Below, piece by piece: positions 52,532 through 64,000 of a stretch of 64,000 bases of DNA (its first letter is position 1; every line of letters starts with the position of its first letter). The DNA is taken from assembly GCA_973895155.1 (NCBI GenBank), contig OZ316892.1, forward strand, positions 19,135,457 through 19,199,456. Direction: 5' to 3'. Origin of the DNA: Marsupella aquatica. Lineage: Eukaryota > Plantae > Marchantiophyta. Under the pieces are notes generated by a model. The model did not search any database and was not told the origin of the DNA. It saw only the letters and a list, made by a program, of their open reading frames with translations. The position numbers and the translations under genes are program-made.

Positions 52532-55500
52532 ATGCAAACGAAGACCACCTACGAGTTTCCGTTACTCGGTGTCGAGGAGATTGTGGTGAATGCGACAGAG
52601 ATGGGAGCTGCATTGGACGCTAAGAGCCTCCAGAATCCAACGTATGAGGTCATTTGGCCTCTGTATGAGTCGATGGCTCAATATGTGCTCACACTGTCCA
52701 GGTGTGTTCATGGCTCAGTATGTGATGACACTGCTGGTAGGATCAGCAAGCGTTGGCAAGACGACGAACCAAAAGTTTCCATCTGGCCTCGAAGCTTTTC
52801 CCTTTTCTCTGTAAGTCTTTTGTTAGGTACCATGGTTCTGATCTCCAAGTTGATATCACTTTGCACTCATCGTGCAGGGAAGAAATGCAACAGCCCGCGT
52901 TTGATAAGTGGTGCCAGTTGGAGTATCCAGAAATGCATGAGGAGTCTGTTGGATGTTTTTCCTCCTGGCGTACCATCCAAGGGCTCATGTTTGCAGCTGG
53001 TGTCACCGATTTCAGTTTACGAGATCTTATAAAGCCCGACAGCACTCGTACGATTAAGTTTCTCAGCGGCCTGATTAACTTTGCAAGGTTTAGGTACTGA
53101 ATTGTGTGCACTGATTCGATTCGGGCCCGAACTTCTTGATCGAGATCCTTGTGTGTTCCGCTGTGAGAATTTCGAACATTTTCGTCCCATGGCAGTTCCA
53201 TAGCGGGGCTATTCCTTCGTTTGTTTCAGTGGATTCTGTCCTTGTGGCAGTTGCATTAAATGTTCGAGCTGTTATTTTTAAATTCATGACGAAGTTTTCG
53301 TTGATGGAATCATTGTCCACCTACTCCTGGCGCTCTCTTCTCAGGAAGGAGAGAGAGGATCGACTCGCTGAGCTGCAAGATGAAAGTCTGCCGGAGACCA
53401 GGCAGATGCTCGAACAGGCTATAGCGCAGGTCAGTGACCTTTTCTATTCCCTTCAGCTAAGAGTGGCAACTCTCCGGCAGTCTTCGGGGTCAGTGAAGCT
53501 TAGCTCTGTTTCCTTTAGCAGGGTGAAGAAAAATTGTTACTTCAAAGTCAAGTCATCGGAAAAGCGTCACACTAGCTAGTTCGTCAAGTGTCCAGGGTAT
53601 TCAGTCCAGCCGTCGCTTCACCAAGACTGAATCCAACTTCGCTTGTTTCTATGTTTCTTAGGCTCATTGACGCAGCAGTTTTTCTAACGTTCGTTTCTCA
53701 TCTCAATTAGGCGAAGCACGAACTAGAATCAATTGAAACAGAGCGTGAAAGCCAAATTCCGGAGGTTCAGAGGCTGGAAGCAGAAAATAAGGAACTCGTG
53801 CAAGAGATAGTAGTACTGAACAAGAAACAGAGCGCTTTTCAAAACGAAATTCGGACTTTGAAACAGGAACTCACCAGCATCACAGATGCCGTAAGTGCTC
53901 ATGAATGGAACGATTTTGCCCAGGATATGCACGTTCGTTTTTGTCTCGATACTATCTCGTCTTTACGTTGATGTGACAATTCAAATCAAGCAATCTTAAA
54001 TTCTGGATGAACATCCGTCGATCGAGTTGTTCATTAGCATCGTTTCCTTCCAAGCAGATTGCTGGTCAAAATTACATGTTACAGCAAGCAAAGCAAGAGG
54101 AATCGGATTTGCGAGGACAGATAGTAGAATCGCCCGAAATACTTGAGGTCTGTCTTTCTCTACTTGAACTCTCTAATCCATAGGAAGCCCCGATAACCTA
54201 CTGTTGTCACCCCCCGCCCAAGAGTCTACTCGTATATCGTTTGGGTAGGTATCTAATTCAGCTTAATTGTATAGAGGAGTCGAAACATGCATAGATGAGT
54301 CGAATGTTCCGGCCTAGGCAATTCAGTTGTTCGTCCGCCATTGCCATTGTTGTTTTTTGCTATCTTGGGATTTATTGTGTAATTTACACCGGTTTGTAAA
54401 ATGTGTGGATTCATTTCCCCGAAGGAGCCCTCGGTTGGCAGTGTTTCACATTCCTCTTGATTAAATTTTGGTTCCGTGGTCTTTTCATGTCTCGAAGAGG
54501 GCTCTTGAAGAGTCAAAAGTCACACTTGCAAGTACCGAAGCTGGCTTAGAGGAGGCTCGGAAAAGCCTTCAACGCTGGAAACAAAAACTGGAGTATTATA
54601 CGAAGGTAACGTTCTTTCCTTCTTTTTTCGTTCAGCATCTCTGGGATGAGATGTTCACGCATTAATGCTTTCCGCATGCAATCTTCTTACTGACATTAAA
54701 CGCTGTTGTGCAGGCTGAGAAGAAGGTTCAAAAATTGTTAGACTTGTCTGAAGAGGCTCAAAAACAGGTAAGGTTTCAACATCCGCGGGTGAATAAAATG
54801 GTTACGCGAACAATGGTTTTACGAAATTGAATCCGTCGTTTCAGCGATGTTAACCTGGTCTCGTGCATTACAGCTCTCCATGCAAAAGGCAGCTTCAAAG
54901 GAGGTCAAGGCATTGAAGGCAAAAATTAAGGCAGAGGAAGACGAGGACCAACACCGCAATGCCAAGCTTGCAGAGCTCACCTTGAAAGGTTTATCCTGGA
55001 ATGCACTCTTACGTCTTTACTTGACTTGAACCGTAAGTAGATGCGTATTAGTCTGAATTTTCGTGTTCACTGCGCTTCACTGTATGGTTTGTCTTATAGG
55101 TTAAATACTGCAAGCGACCTTATACCTACGATTTAGTCCAACCTTATAGTCTTGGGCTTCCTGTAAGACCTGAATTCCTTATAACTGATTTATGCACAGG
55201 TCAGCACTTTCAGGACCTGATTGACAACGCTGATCATCTCAGCCTGGAAAAAACTAAGGAAGAAGAAAGGGCACTACAGGATATCAAAGCGCGATATGTT
55301 TCCTTTAGGAAGAAGCAGGAGACTGTGAAAGCCGCCATTGCTAAGAATAAGGCACAGGTACTTCGCCTTTTTACTGTTGATGACCCCATCATCTGTTGTC
55401 AGAACTTGTATGTCATGAACTAGTCTTATTATCCCGGATCGTTGAAGCTGTCTGATGGCATTTCTCTAGGGAGAATTGTGCTGCCCAGGAGAAGGTAACA

Positions 55501-56182
55501 CACGTATTATTCAAGAAGCAAACTTCACTGCTGTACTACTCTACATTATGACAAGCCTGTTCTCAAAGAGTAACAGTAAATTGTCCAAAATACCTATCGA
55601 ATCAGTGTCGGTTCCATATTGTCCTGGTTACCCCATTTGACCAGAAATCCCTTAAAGATGCAAATTCACTGTGCGTTCATGTGGTGTGATTAAAGCTTGT
55701 TGAAGTTAATAGTTTCAGAAGCCATTGGCGCATCACATAAGCCCGTGTCCCTTTCACTTCTAGTCCAGAAGTATTCCCGGATTTATTGTAAAGTATCGTC
55801 ATGTTATTACTCTGATTTATGTCGCTACTCTTCGCAAGACAAAGCTGTAAGAAAGTTGTTTGCTTCTGTGTAGGTGCAACATCTGATAGACAAGAATGCT
55901 GATGTGCTGAAGACCAAGGAAGAAGTAGTGAGGAGTTACCGAGGGGAAATAGCTGCCATTCAACAACAGGTGCGTCTTGGCATCGTTGTCACATAGGTGC
56001 TGTCGACATGTAGGAAAGGATGACTGACCAGGTGGTGTCAGTTTGTAATCACACTTCATTCAAGGAGAAGTCATGATTGAAGAGTGCTGACGAACATATT
56101 TTGGTTTCCTTTGATGCAGGTTTTGGAGTACTACCGCTCAATACTTTCTTGTACAGGACCTATTCCTGAGCTCTCTGACTAA
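52532..56182 (+). CDS. NUF2: Kinetochore protein NUF2 (NDC80 complex)
   Basis: Exons ~52532-52701, 52878-53093, 53345-53429, (small uncertain exon from 53522), 53711-53890, 54058-54147, 54498-54605, 54714-54767, 54874-54988, 55200-55357, 55874-55969, 56120-56182. N-terminal YEFPLL..EEIV, DFSLRDLIKPDSTRTIKFLSGLINFARFR (Nuf2 CH domain), IVESPE motif and a long coiled coil. Confidence 0.92.
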
Positions 56183-58006
56183 AACAGATGCCATTTTCGA
56201 GAGTATGAAACTCAACTTTGGATTGGAACTCTGGCGATAGAAAGGGCCATTGTTCGGGTCTCAAGATGCATTCGGATAAATGAAAAAAACCTCCAAATTT
56301 GGCAATTCTTATGTTACTGAGTGGAGTATCATGTGTTTCTGTATTCCCTACTAAGCACATTTAAGCGCAAATTTGATTTATACTCGGAAGTCTGCTCTGC
56401 CGTCGGTAATGCACTGTTAACTTGCCACGTTCGGAGTCCTTGCCATTTTCATTTATCCGAATGCATCTTGAGATCGAATGCTTACTAGACGGGTGTTCCA
56501 ACCGACACTTGCCATGTACGAGAATTTTTCATGTGGAGGCAGAATGGAGAACATGGCAGGCACAAGGTGCTTGACGGATAGCAAGGCGAGGCTGGAAATG
56601 GGTGTCATGGACATTTTGATCGATTTCAGGAATTTTCCTGACATCATGATTTGGAGAATCTCGTACTTTGCCTTTTTTAAGTACATTTTGGGCACAGCTG
56701 ATTACATAATATATTTCGGTGAGCTCACTGGCAAATGTGATAAGAACCTGGGCTTTGCTGGGCCTGAATTGCTAAATCTCTCCTAACGTCAGGATTCTAA
56801 AACATCTAAATCTCCCTTAACTTCAGGATTCTAAAACATCGAAATTCGATATGTGAATGAGTCACAAATGGAGTGAAGGTACTGGTATCTTGGGGACGTC
56901 TTCTACTGTGGGTCCCGTCTATCTCGCTGGTTTGATTCGTGCTCATCAGGTGTCATGGACAGTGGTCAATACAAAAATTGGTCTCTGAAACTCGGCCAGA
57001 ATTTTCGGCATGGTTAGAAGGCTATTAAGGTTCCATTCAAAGAGGGAGAAGTGCGGGTAAGTGCTCCAGTTCCACAGTAAATACAGTTTCAATGACAGAA
57101 AAAGGAGTGACGGAAGTGGCGCTTTAGTGTCACAAAAGTGGGGTACGAAACTTGAAAGGTTATCAAGAGGACGAACGGATGGTGCCGCCAGTTTGGAAAT
57201 ACAAATGTCCAAATGTAACAATCCCTTGGTGTACGCTGACAAGCTCGTTGCGAGTATTACACGCTTTGAGAATAGCAGAGAGAAAAACTGAGTAGGTGCG
57301 CGCGATCTCCCCTTGTCCAGTTTAACTACACTTGGTGAATGACGACCATGGAAGGCGGACAGCGTTTTCGTGGGGCCAAAGTGTCATTTACTCCTGAAAT
57401 CCAACTCTTGTGCAAAGGTGTAGACAGTACTCAATCATAGGGTGAATAAGATACCGAATTTTCCATCAGCTTTTGCCCTGATCTTTTTTGTAACCAACTT
57501 CCATGGAGATTGCATCATTGTTGCAGCGAGATTTTCCTGGGTACACAGCTGAAAACCTGGCTGTCTCCACAATTGAAGACTTTCCACAATTGCCTTGTCT
57601 TGGGCCACAGCTGAAAACTTTCACTACAGAGTGAGCCCCACATGATGCTATCTAAAATTGGACTTGAGTACAAATGTGGCATTTTCGCTCCAAAAGAATG
57701 TACATAAAATGGTGGTCGATGATTTCGAGACCTTGTAAATGAGTCATTTGAAATCTGCGAAGGTTGGACATGTCTACAGACAGAAAGGAAGGCAAGGGAA
57801 GAGCTGCAAGGCCGACATCAAGAAATACCCATCATCATGAAATTGAAAGGGAAATAGAATGCCATCCATTGTAATTGGGGAATCATCCATAACCGAACGT
57901 CATGGATGAAAACTTGTCCCTCGAAGCTTCGAGGATTATATTACAAATATAGGTTCTGGTAAACTACACATTTTGTTCCTACCGGTAAATGGAGCTCGTG
58001 TTCAAT

Positions 58007-59489
58007 TCAGTGCTGACCAACAGTGAGACATTGTACAGGGTTCCACCATGAATTTGATCTTCGATGATGAGAGCGTGAAACCGGAGCAGATTGTGACAGA
58101 AAAGAATTGCCGTGGCTAAGAGATCGCGAATGCTTTAAGGGATGAGAGGAATTGGAGTTTGAGTGTTTGGAAGTTAGCGAATGACTCGAGGGATTGGAAG
58201 ACTGAGAAGTTTGAGGGTGGCTGTTGAAAATGCTGACACCAGAAATTTGTAGTCCCTTTTTGCAAAGCAAGAAGTGTCTAGACCCAACACTACCAATCGG
58301 CTGTTTCGGATGCAGTGCTGCAAACACGGATAATTTGACAAGGATCAGTTCAACAGTTCAAGCAGGCAGTCTCTTTCCTTTCCAGATACCGAGCAAACAC
58401 ATCAGGAGATAGGTTGCAAATCCATGGCGGTCAGTTTGCAACACCACGGTACGCAATTTGTGTCCCCAAACGCATGGAGACGGGAAAAGTTCTGGAAGAA
58501 AATCATCTGGTAAAATGGAAATTCCACTACAGATTACAAGAATCTGACGAGCAGCAACCCAACCGAGGATCAAGGCATGGGCGCATAGAGCAGAAAAGCA
58601 AGTCCCACACGTGACAACAGCAAGAAAATGTACACATCAAGAACAAAGAAGACTAGTCGGTAAACTCTGCGTTATCTCATTCTCGCGTGCGAACGAACGT
58701 GGAAAAGGAAGCTAACAAATGTGAGTCCACTGCCGGCTGTCAAGCCAGAGAGATGGTGCTGTAGCGAAAGGTCACTCACCAGGGGAGTTGCAGTGGGCGC
58801 AGAAAAGTTCAAAGTTGCGGCACTCTTGCACGCCAACTCCTTTCGCGTAGGAATCGAGCACCATTTCTATCACAAATTCCGCAGGTGCGTCGAAAGGAGC
58901 CAAGAGCAATAGAGTGTTCGGACCACCCCACATCACGATTCTGAGTAAAATTTGGTGGTCGATTGCTTCATCCTTTTGCTGCAAGAATAATAAAATTCGC
59001 GGCAAATTTGAGAGACATCTCACTTACGCATAAAAGACGACTGTGGTGCATATCTCAAACTAGTACCAAGGTCCATACTACTTCCTCACTTGACCGAATG
59101 TGCCTAGAGGAGCTTCTCACCTCAGTGCCGGCTGTAGCTTTCTGCGTTACATCCTCTGCTTCCAAAGAACTTTTCCGGTCCGAGGAGCCCAGAGAAGACA
59201 GACTCTTCAGCGAAATGCACGAAAATGCCGACAGAGCTCTCAAAAGCTTCTTGCCTTCCATTTGCACCTGCGATGGTTTTCCGATTGTGGGCACAGACTG
59301 TTTTTCCCCGAAACACGTCACACAAGAACTGTTTCCAGCGGCACTCATTTTCTTCTCGAAGTCCAGCATTCCTGCCTTGAAAGTGGCACTCGCATTCATA
59401 TTCGCTGCCGTAGTCATCGTTGTCTTGCTCATCTTCGTCGTGGTAGTCCCGTCTTGATGGTTATTTGGGGCCATATTTGACAGTATCAT
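58007..59489 (-). CDS. Plant At4g22758-like (DUF7054-type) uncharacterised protein
   Basis: Exons ~59079-59489, 58780-58978, 58007-58317, in phase. ILLRIVMWGGPNTLLLL...VIEMVLDSYAK...FELFC and ALHPKQPIGSVGSRHFLLCKK resemble the family motif (AL.P...IGS.G.RNF.LCKK); the C-terminus is RRSNSWW. Start ATG (59489 or 59474) uncertain. Confidence 0.75.
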
Positions 59490-62400
59490 CACCTTCTCAG
59501 TCCCCCATTCCTTTCCTGATACTGCCGCCTGGCATATAATATGTCTTCCCACCACCACTCCCGTCAAAGGTCGCTCAAGAACAAATCGTTAACAACTTGC
59601 AAAGCCCAGAGAATTTCTCTCATGATCAGGGACTCCGCCAATTCCAAGCTGTGGGACTCCACAACCTAGTCTATGGCTGCTCACGTTCCTAGATGGGTCC
59701 CGTCTTGAGAAATGCAACAACCGTCATCACCTGCCTGAAACCATTTTTCCCGTTGCAATTTTCCAAACGTGATTTCAGACCCTGCTCGCTATCTCCACAA
59801 AAAAGTGCAGATGTAGAATCAACTAACACGGAGTTCCGAGTCAACAAACATACGTGCCCCTTCCAGCATTGCCTTTCCTCCTCGTTTAACAGTGCATCGC
59901 TTTACTAACACTCCATTCCTAAAGTCACCTTTGCAACTGGCAAATGGCACACACACGTAATTGCTTGAAAGCAAGGGAGTTCCTAGCTCCTCCTAATGCT
60001 GAGTTTGGACGCCGTTCGTGTGCGGTTGTTCGGTCGTTCGCTTCACGTGCCCCGTGCTTTTCCGCGACCTCCTCTCACTCCCGTGAGTGCCCCAACTTTC
60101 TAAAACGGAATCTCCTGGTTGGCTCCGCTTGGCTCGCTCTCCCACCCAAGTCCCGAGCTACTGAATTGCACGAATGGCCGGGTCCAACTGATCCCTCGCT
60201 CCAATAATCAGCCCGTGAGGTCCTTCTATTAAGTCACTCAGCTCAATCACCTTGCTGGCCACCGCAAATTGGTGTAATCAATGCTGCCTTCCTTGCTTTC
60301 CTGCTACGGTGCTGCCTACGACTGCGCTCGCTAACTCAGTCAGTCGGTGCTGGCGCTCTACCGTCACTCTCTAGCGACTCAATCCCTCCACTTTTACTGT
60401 AGATGCCTTCCTTCTCTTTCTTTGTCTTCGGCACTCCAGTGACCCCACCTCTAGTAGCCAGCTGATTACAAGACAGCTCGGTCCTCTCTCTCTCGCTCTC
60501 TGTGTCTCTGTCGGTCTGTTGAGTCTATTCCACTCCCATGCCTATATTGGGCTCAATCAACGTTGTCCCCTGACCCATCCAATCAATGCACACCCCAAGG
60601 GAGGAGAATCCCACCTGGCCCACAAAATCAGGGAGAAGAACTCGCTAGGTCCTCAAGCTCACCTTCCCTCAAGGCAAGCCAGCTGGGAAAAGAGAGCTGT
60701 TGAAGCGTAGATTTTTGGGAAGTGTAAGCTGCGAGACTTGGGGGAGGAGGGGACCGACTGACAGGTAGGAATGGTTAGCTTTGCCAAGCTGTTTCCCGCG
60801 CGGTAATAACAAACAACAAGCAAACCATTGGCACCGAGGGTAACAACCTATAAGACTACAAGAGTCTCAATTTTCACGATACCCGACGCCAACGGTAAAC
60901 ACTCCCCCGTGAAAGGCGGGAGAAAGTCGAGCGACACGTGAGAGATTGCAGGCACAGAATCACACACAAAGAGAAAGGGGTGCAAGAATGGAGACAAAGA
61001 CGGAAGAGCAGCTGCAAAATATGAGCTCAAGAAAGAGGAGTGGCCAAAGCTACAGTAGATGATACGGAAGCAAGCCTCCGGAGAGAGAGAGTGGTACCAT
61101 AGCTGTAGAATGAAAGAAATGATGCGTAGGTGGGTACAATACAGTACTGTAGTGGGATGAAAGAGGCAGCGAGTGGGGCAAAGGACAGAGGGAAAAAGTG
61201 GGAGAAAACAGAGAGGGACGGACAGCGAGGGCCGAGGGAAGCAAGGAAAGCAATGGACGAGTAAATTGTCGTTAGGAAGGATCGGGGGAGCTCCAAAAGT
61301 ACTGTAAACGACTGCGAAATATTGGAACCAATCCACTCCTCTAAGGGAAGGCGTCACGGCATGAAGTGGCGACCTTTAATTGCAATACAATAGATCTCCA
61401 CGTCAGTTGTGCGTTCCATGAAGAAGCACAAACGGATGGCACCTTGAGACAGGAGTGTTTCGATAAGCTTCGAGAGCTGCGATTATATTTACACGGTAAT
61501 TGAGCTAAGGATGGGATTATAGCGCAATGCGGTACGAGTCTATCGGTGCAGTGGAAAGGTTTTAGTGTACAACTTAGTTTTTGGTCGGTTTTGCCGTACT
61601 CAGAAAGTATCCCCACAGTTGGCAGTTGTGTTGCGTAGATCACAGCCATTGAGCGACACATTTGGCTTTCTTGTAGCAATTTCGGCAAGGATCAACAATG
61701 TGCTATCCTGAACAGTGCCTTCACTGTCATCACTATGCCCTTATCCGAATATCCAAAAGCAATGCTCCCCACTCGGGATATCATTGCCGCCCACCTCGCC
61801 CACTCCTTGCATCACTCGAGTGCGATATTTGTCATCACAGAAGAAAAGTAAAACAGAATTCCACGCAATAAGTGACTTGTCCTCTCTAATCAGTTACGCG
61901 ATTTCAATTGCGTAACAGTCACCGATTTTTCCGATGATTTAAAGTTACAACAGAAAAGGATGTGGGACTTGCTGCAGGACTTGCCGATTCTTATTTCCAA
62001 TCCGTCTGTTATTTCAATCAAACGAAACGTTACTTGACGTTAGACTAATTACGCGGACGACTTCTTCCAAGTAGGACGTTAACAACACTTGGCGCTGAAA
62101 GAAATATCAATACTGTAGACATGAACAGGTCTCGTATCCTCCAATTAGAATGGCAGCAAATGTTTTCTTTCCTTACAGAGACCTCTCATAACTCACATGT
62201 ATAGAGGCTAGGCAATTTCGGGTCTCGTCAATCAAGAAGAGAATGCACGGGGATCTGGCTGGCCATTCACCCAAACAATGCCTCCACACCCTCAGAATGA
62301 ATACGTTCAGGGCTTAGGGGATTTTGGGTTTCGTCAATCAAGAAGTCCATTCGCTGGTATCTGGCTGGCCACTCACTCGTAGACACTCGAATTCATGTCG

Positions 62401-62685
62401 TTCACGCAATGATGGCAACGTATGGAGATGGCCAGCCTGGGGTCTGTCGGTTAGAGATTGCCATTGACATTCTCGATGAGGTTAATTCAGTTGCACATGC
62501 GATGTAACCTCGGAAAAATCTGATATTATCAACTCGGCATACTCCTACCAAGGTGGACTTCTGCGGAACTCTGTGCGCGCCGTGCACAAGTGAGCTGTAC
62601 CGACGTTCTTTGCACGACGACATGCGTTAGAAGAAGAGATATTATACAGTGGACGCTTTTTGTCTTGCTTAGACATGCGTGAAGA

Positions 62686-63330
62686 TCATTCGTTGTAAAG
62701 TCCTGAACAGAAATAGAAGGATGGATTCATTCGTTGTAAAGCAATGAACAGAAATAGAAGGATGACTTTTCCTGGTCTCCAAATGTACGTAGTTTAGGGT
62801 TTAGACGAACAGTAGTTCGTTCCAAATCACGACGGTTTGACTTGCACGAAGAATTGATTCGTTGTCGGGTCAGTAACCGAAAAGAAGGAAGGTTTTTTGT
62901 AGGTCTCGAAAAAGTACTGTAGAAGATGAGAAGCTCGCTCCACGTCACAACGGTGGCATAGAATTATGTAGGGCAGGGGTCCCACAACAGGGGAAGGTTG
63001 CACATGGACCAACAATTGCATGTCCATCCCGTAAATTCCTTGTAAAGTCTCAGTAACCGAAACTGAAAAGGAGGCTTTTCTCTTGGTCTCCACAGAAACT
63101 GAAAATGCAGATGATCAGTAGTAACAAAACATAACTTCTATGTGCTGTCAGTGACAGGAACAGAAGGAGGACTTTTTCTCGGTATCCCAAGACAATGTAG
63201 AAGATCGGCAGTTCGCGGCGCATCACAACGGCGACTTACATGTAGAGGGCACTGCAATGCCCTCCTCTAAGGGACCCACACAACAGAGGAAGGGATCATC
63301 GACACGGACCCAGGCAACATTGCATGTCGA
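62686..63330. repeat. Nested degenerate direct repeats
   Basis: Near-identical ~42-bp duplication tcattcgttgtaaag...tgaacagaaatagaaggatg, plus recurring cagtaaccgaaa...gg..ttttc..ggtctc and tgtagaagat...tcacaacgg...ttgcatgtc blocks. Confidence 0.75.
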
Positions 63331-64000
63331 TCACATGGCCTGTACCAGAAGAATCCTAAGATTACACGGAACCAGGGGAGCCTGCATGTTTATCACATGG
63401 CCCTGTACCAGAGTAACGCAGAGCTTGGACCAAGGGCTGAACTCGGATATGAACCCAGCCCGACCTTCCACCACGAGAAGGTGAACTTTTCGCCTCCCAA
63501 GGATCCAATGCCATCACTGCACGGCATGCACTCTCTCCACAGTTCCAGAGTTTAGGAGTTAGGACCACGATCGCCATTTCCTGCAACGATTGGGGATCCG
63601 TATCCTCTGATTGCCACCCGTCCTGCGCGCCGCACGGTCTACTCCCTCTAGGCCCAACAGAGTAAAGAATGCAATCCAAACCCAATCAATTCCATAGCTG
63701 CTCCGACTCAGAGCTCCGACTCCGCAGACACCCAGACACCCAGGCTGGAGCCGACGGCAGCCTTCATACGTGTCCAATTAATTACTCACTTCCAGCAGCA
63801 GCACCACCAGTAACTTGAATGCTCCGACGCAATCTGAATCTACTGTAGAGCGGCGGCGAGACCATCGACCTACTTAATTCCATGCAAAGCCTGTTAGCCT
63901 GGGAATTCCCTGATATGGGGCGGCATTTGTAAGGTTTGGTCGCATCAATCATAAACTTTCTGGCGCCGCAAGTACATTTAGTTGAACGAGTATGCTGCAC

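Noticed and set aside
160-56182. Functional cluster of chromosome-segregation genes (SCC3 and NUF2)
   Set aside because: They are ~46 kb apart with PIN between them; co-location alone is not evidence.
63782-64000. Minus-strand ORF at the window edge
   Set aside because: No recognisable motif and truncated by the window; coding status undeterminable.

Overview
Eukaryotic, intron-rich land-plant genomic DNA. The PIN sequence and gene style suggest a bryophyte, probably a liverwort (inference). Four protein-coding genes are reconstructable with phase-consistent splice sites: cohesin subunit SCC3/STAG (minus, runs off the left edge), a canonical long PIN auxin efflux carrier (minus, 6 exons, 701 aa), kinetochore NUF2 (plus), and a plant At4g22758-like/DUF7054 protein (minus). 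The ~27 kb between PIN and NUF2 alternates CpG-poor transposon debris (LINE ends, a tRNA-derived SINE head, Mutator/Harbinger/hAT MITEs with clear TSDs, two solo LTRs) with CpG-rich non-coding islands. Most notable: (1) a miR160-like hairpin with a miR160*-like arm just upstream of PIN, in divergent orientation; (2) a natural DR5-type auxin-response repeat in a distal island upstream of PIN; (3) two independently inserted, inverted copies of one hAT MITE ~100 bp apart; (4) a segment bounded by an exact 19-bp inverted repeat and carrying a 6-unit tandem array downstream of PIN; (5) a probable spliced non-coding or pseudogenic unit with MSA-like motifs upstream. Together (1) and (2) suggest an auxin feedback module around PIN. 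This is a hypothesis and has not been verified.
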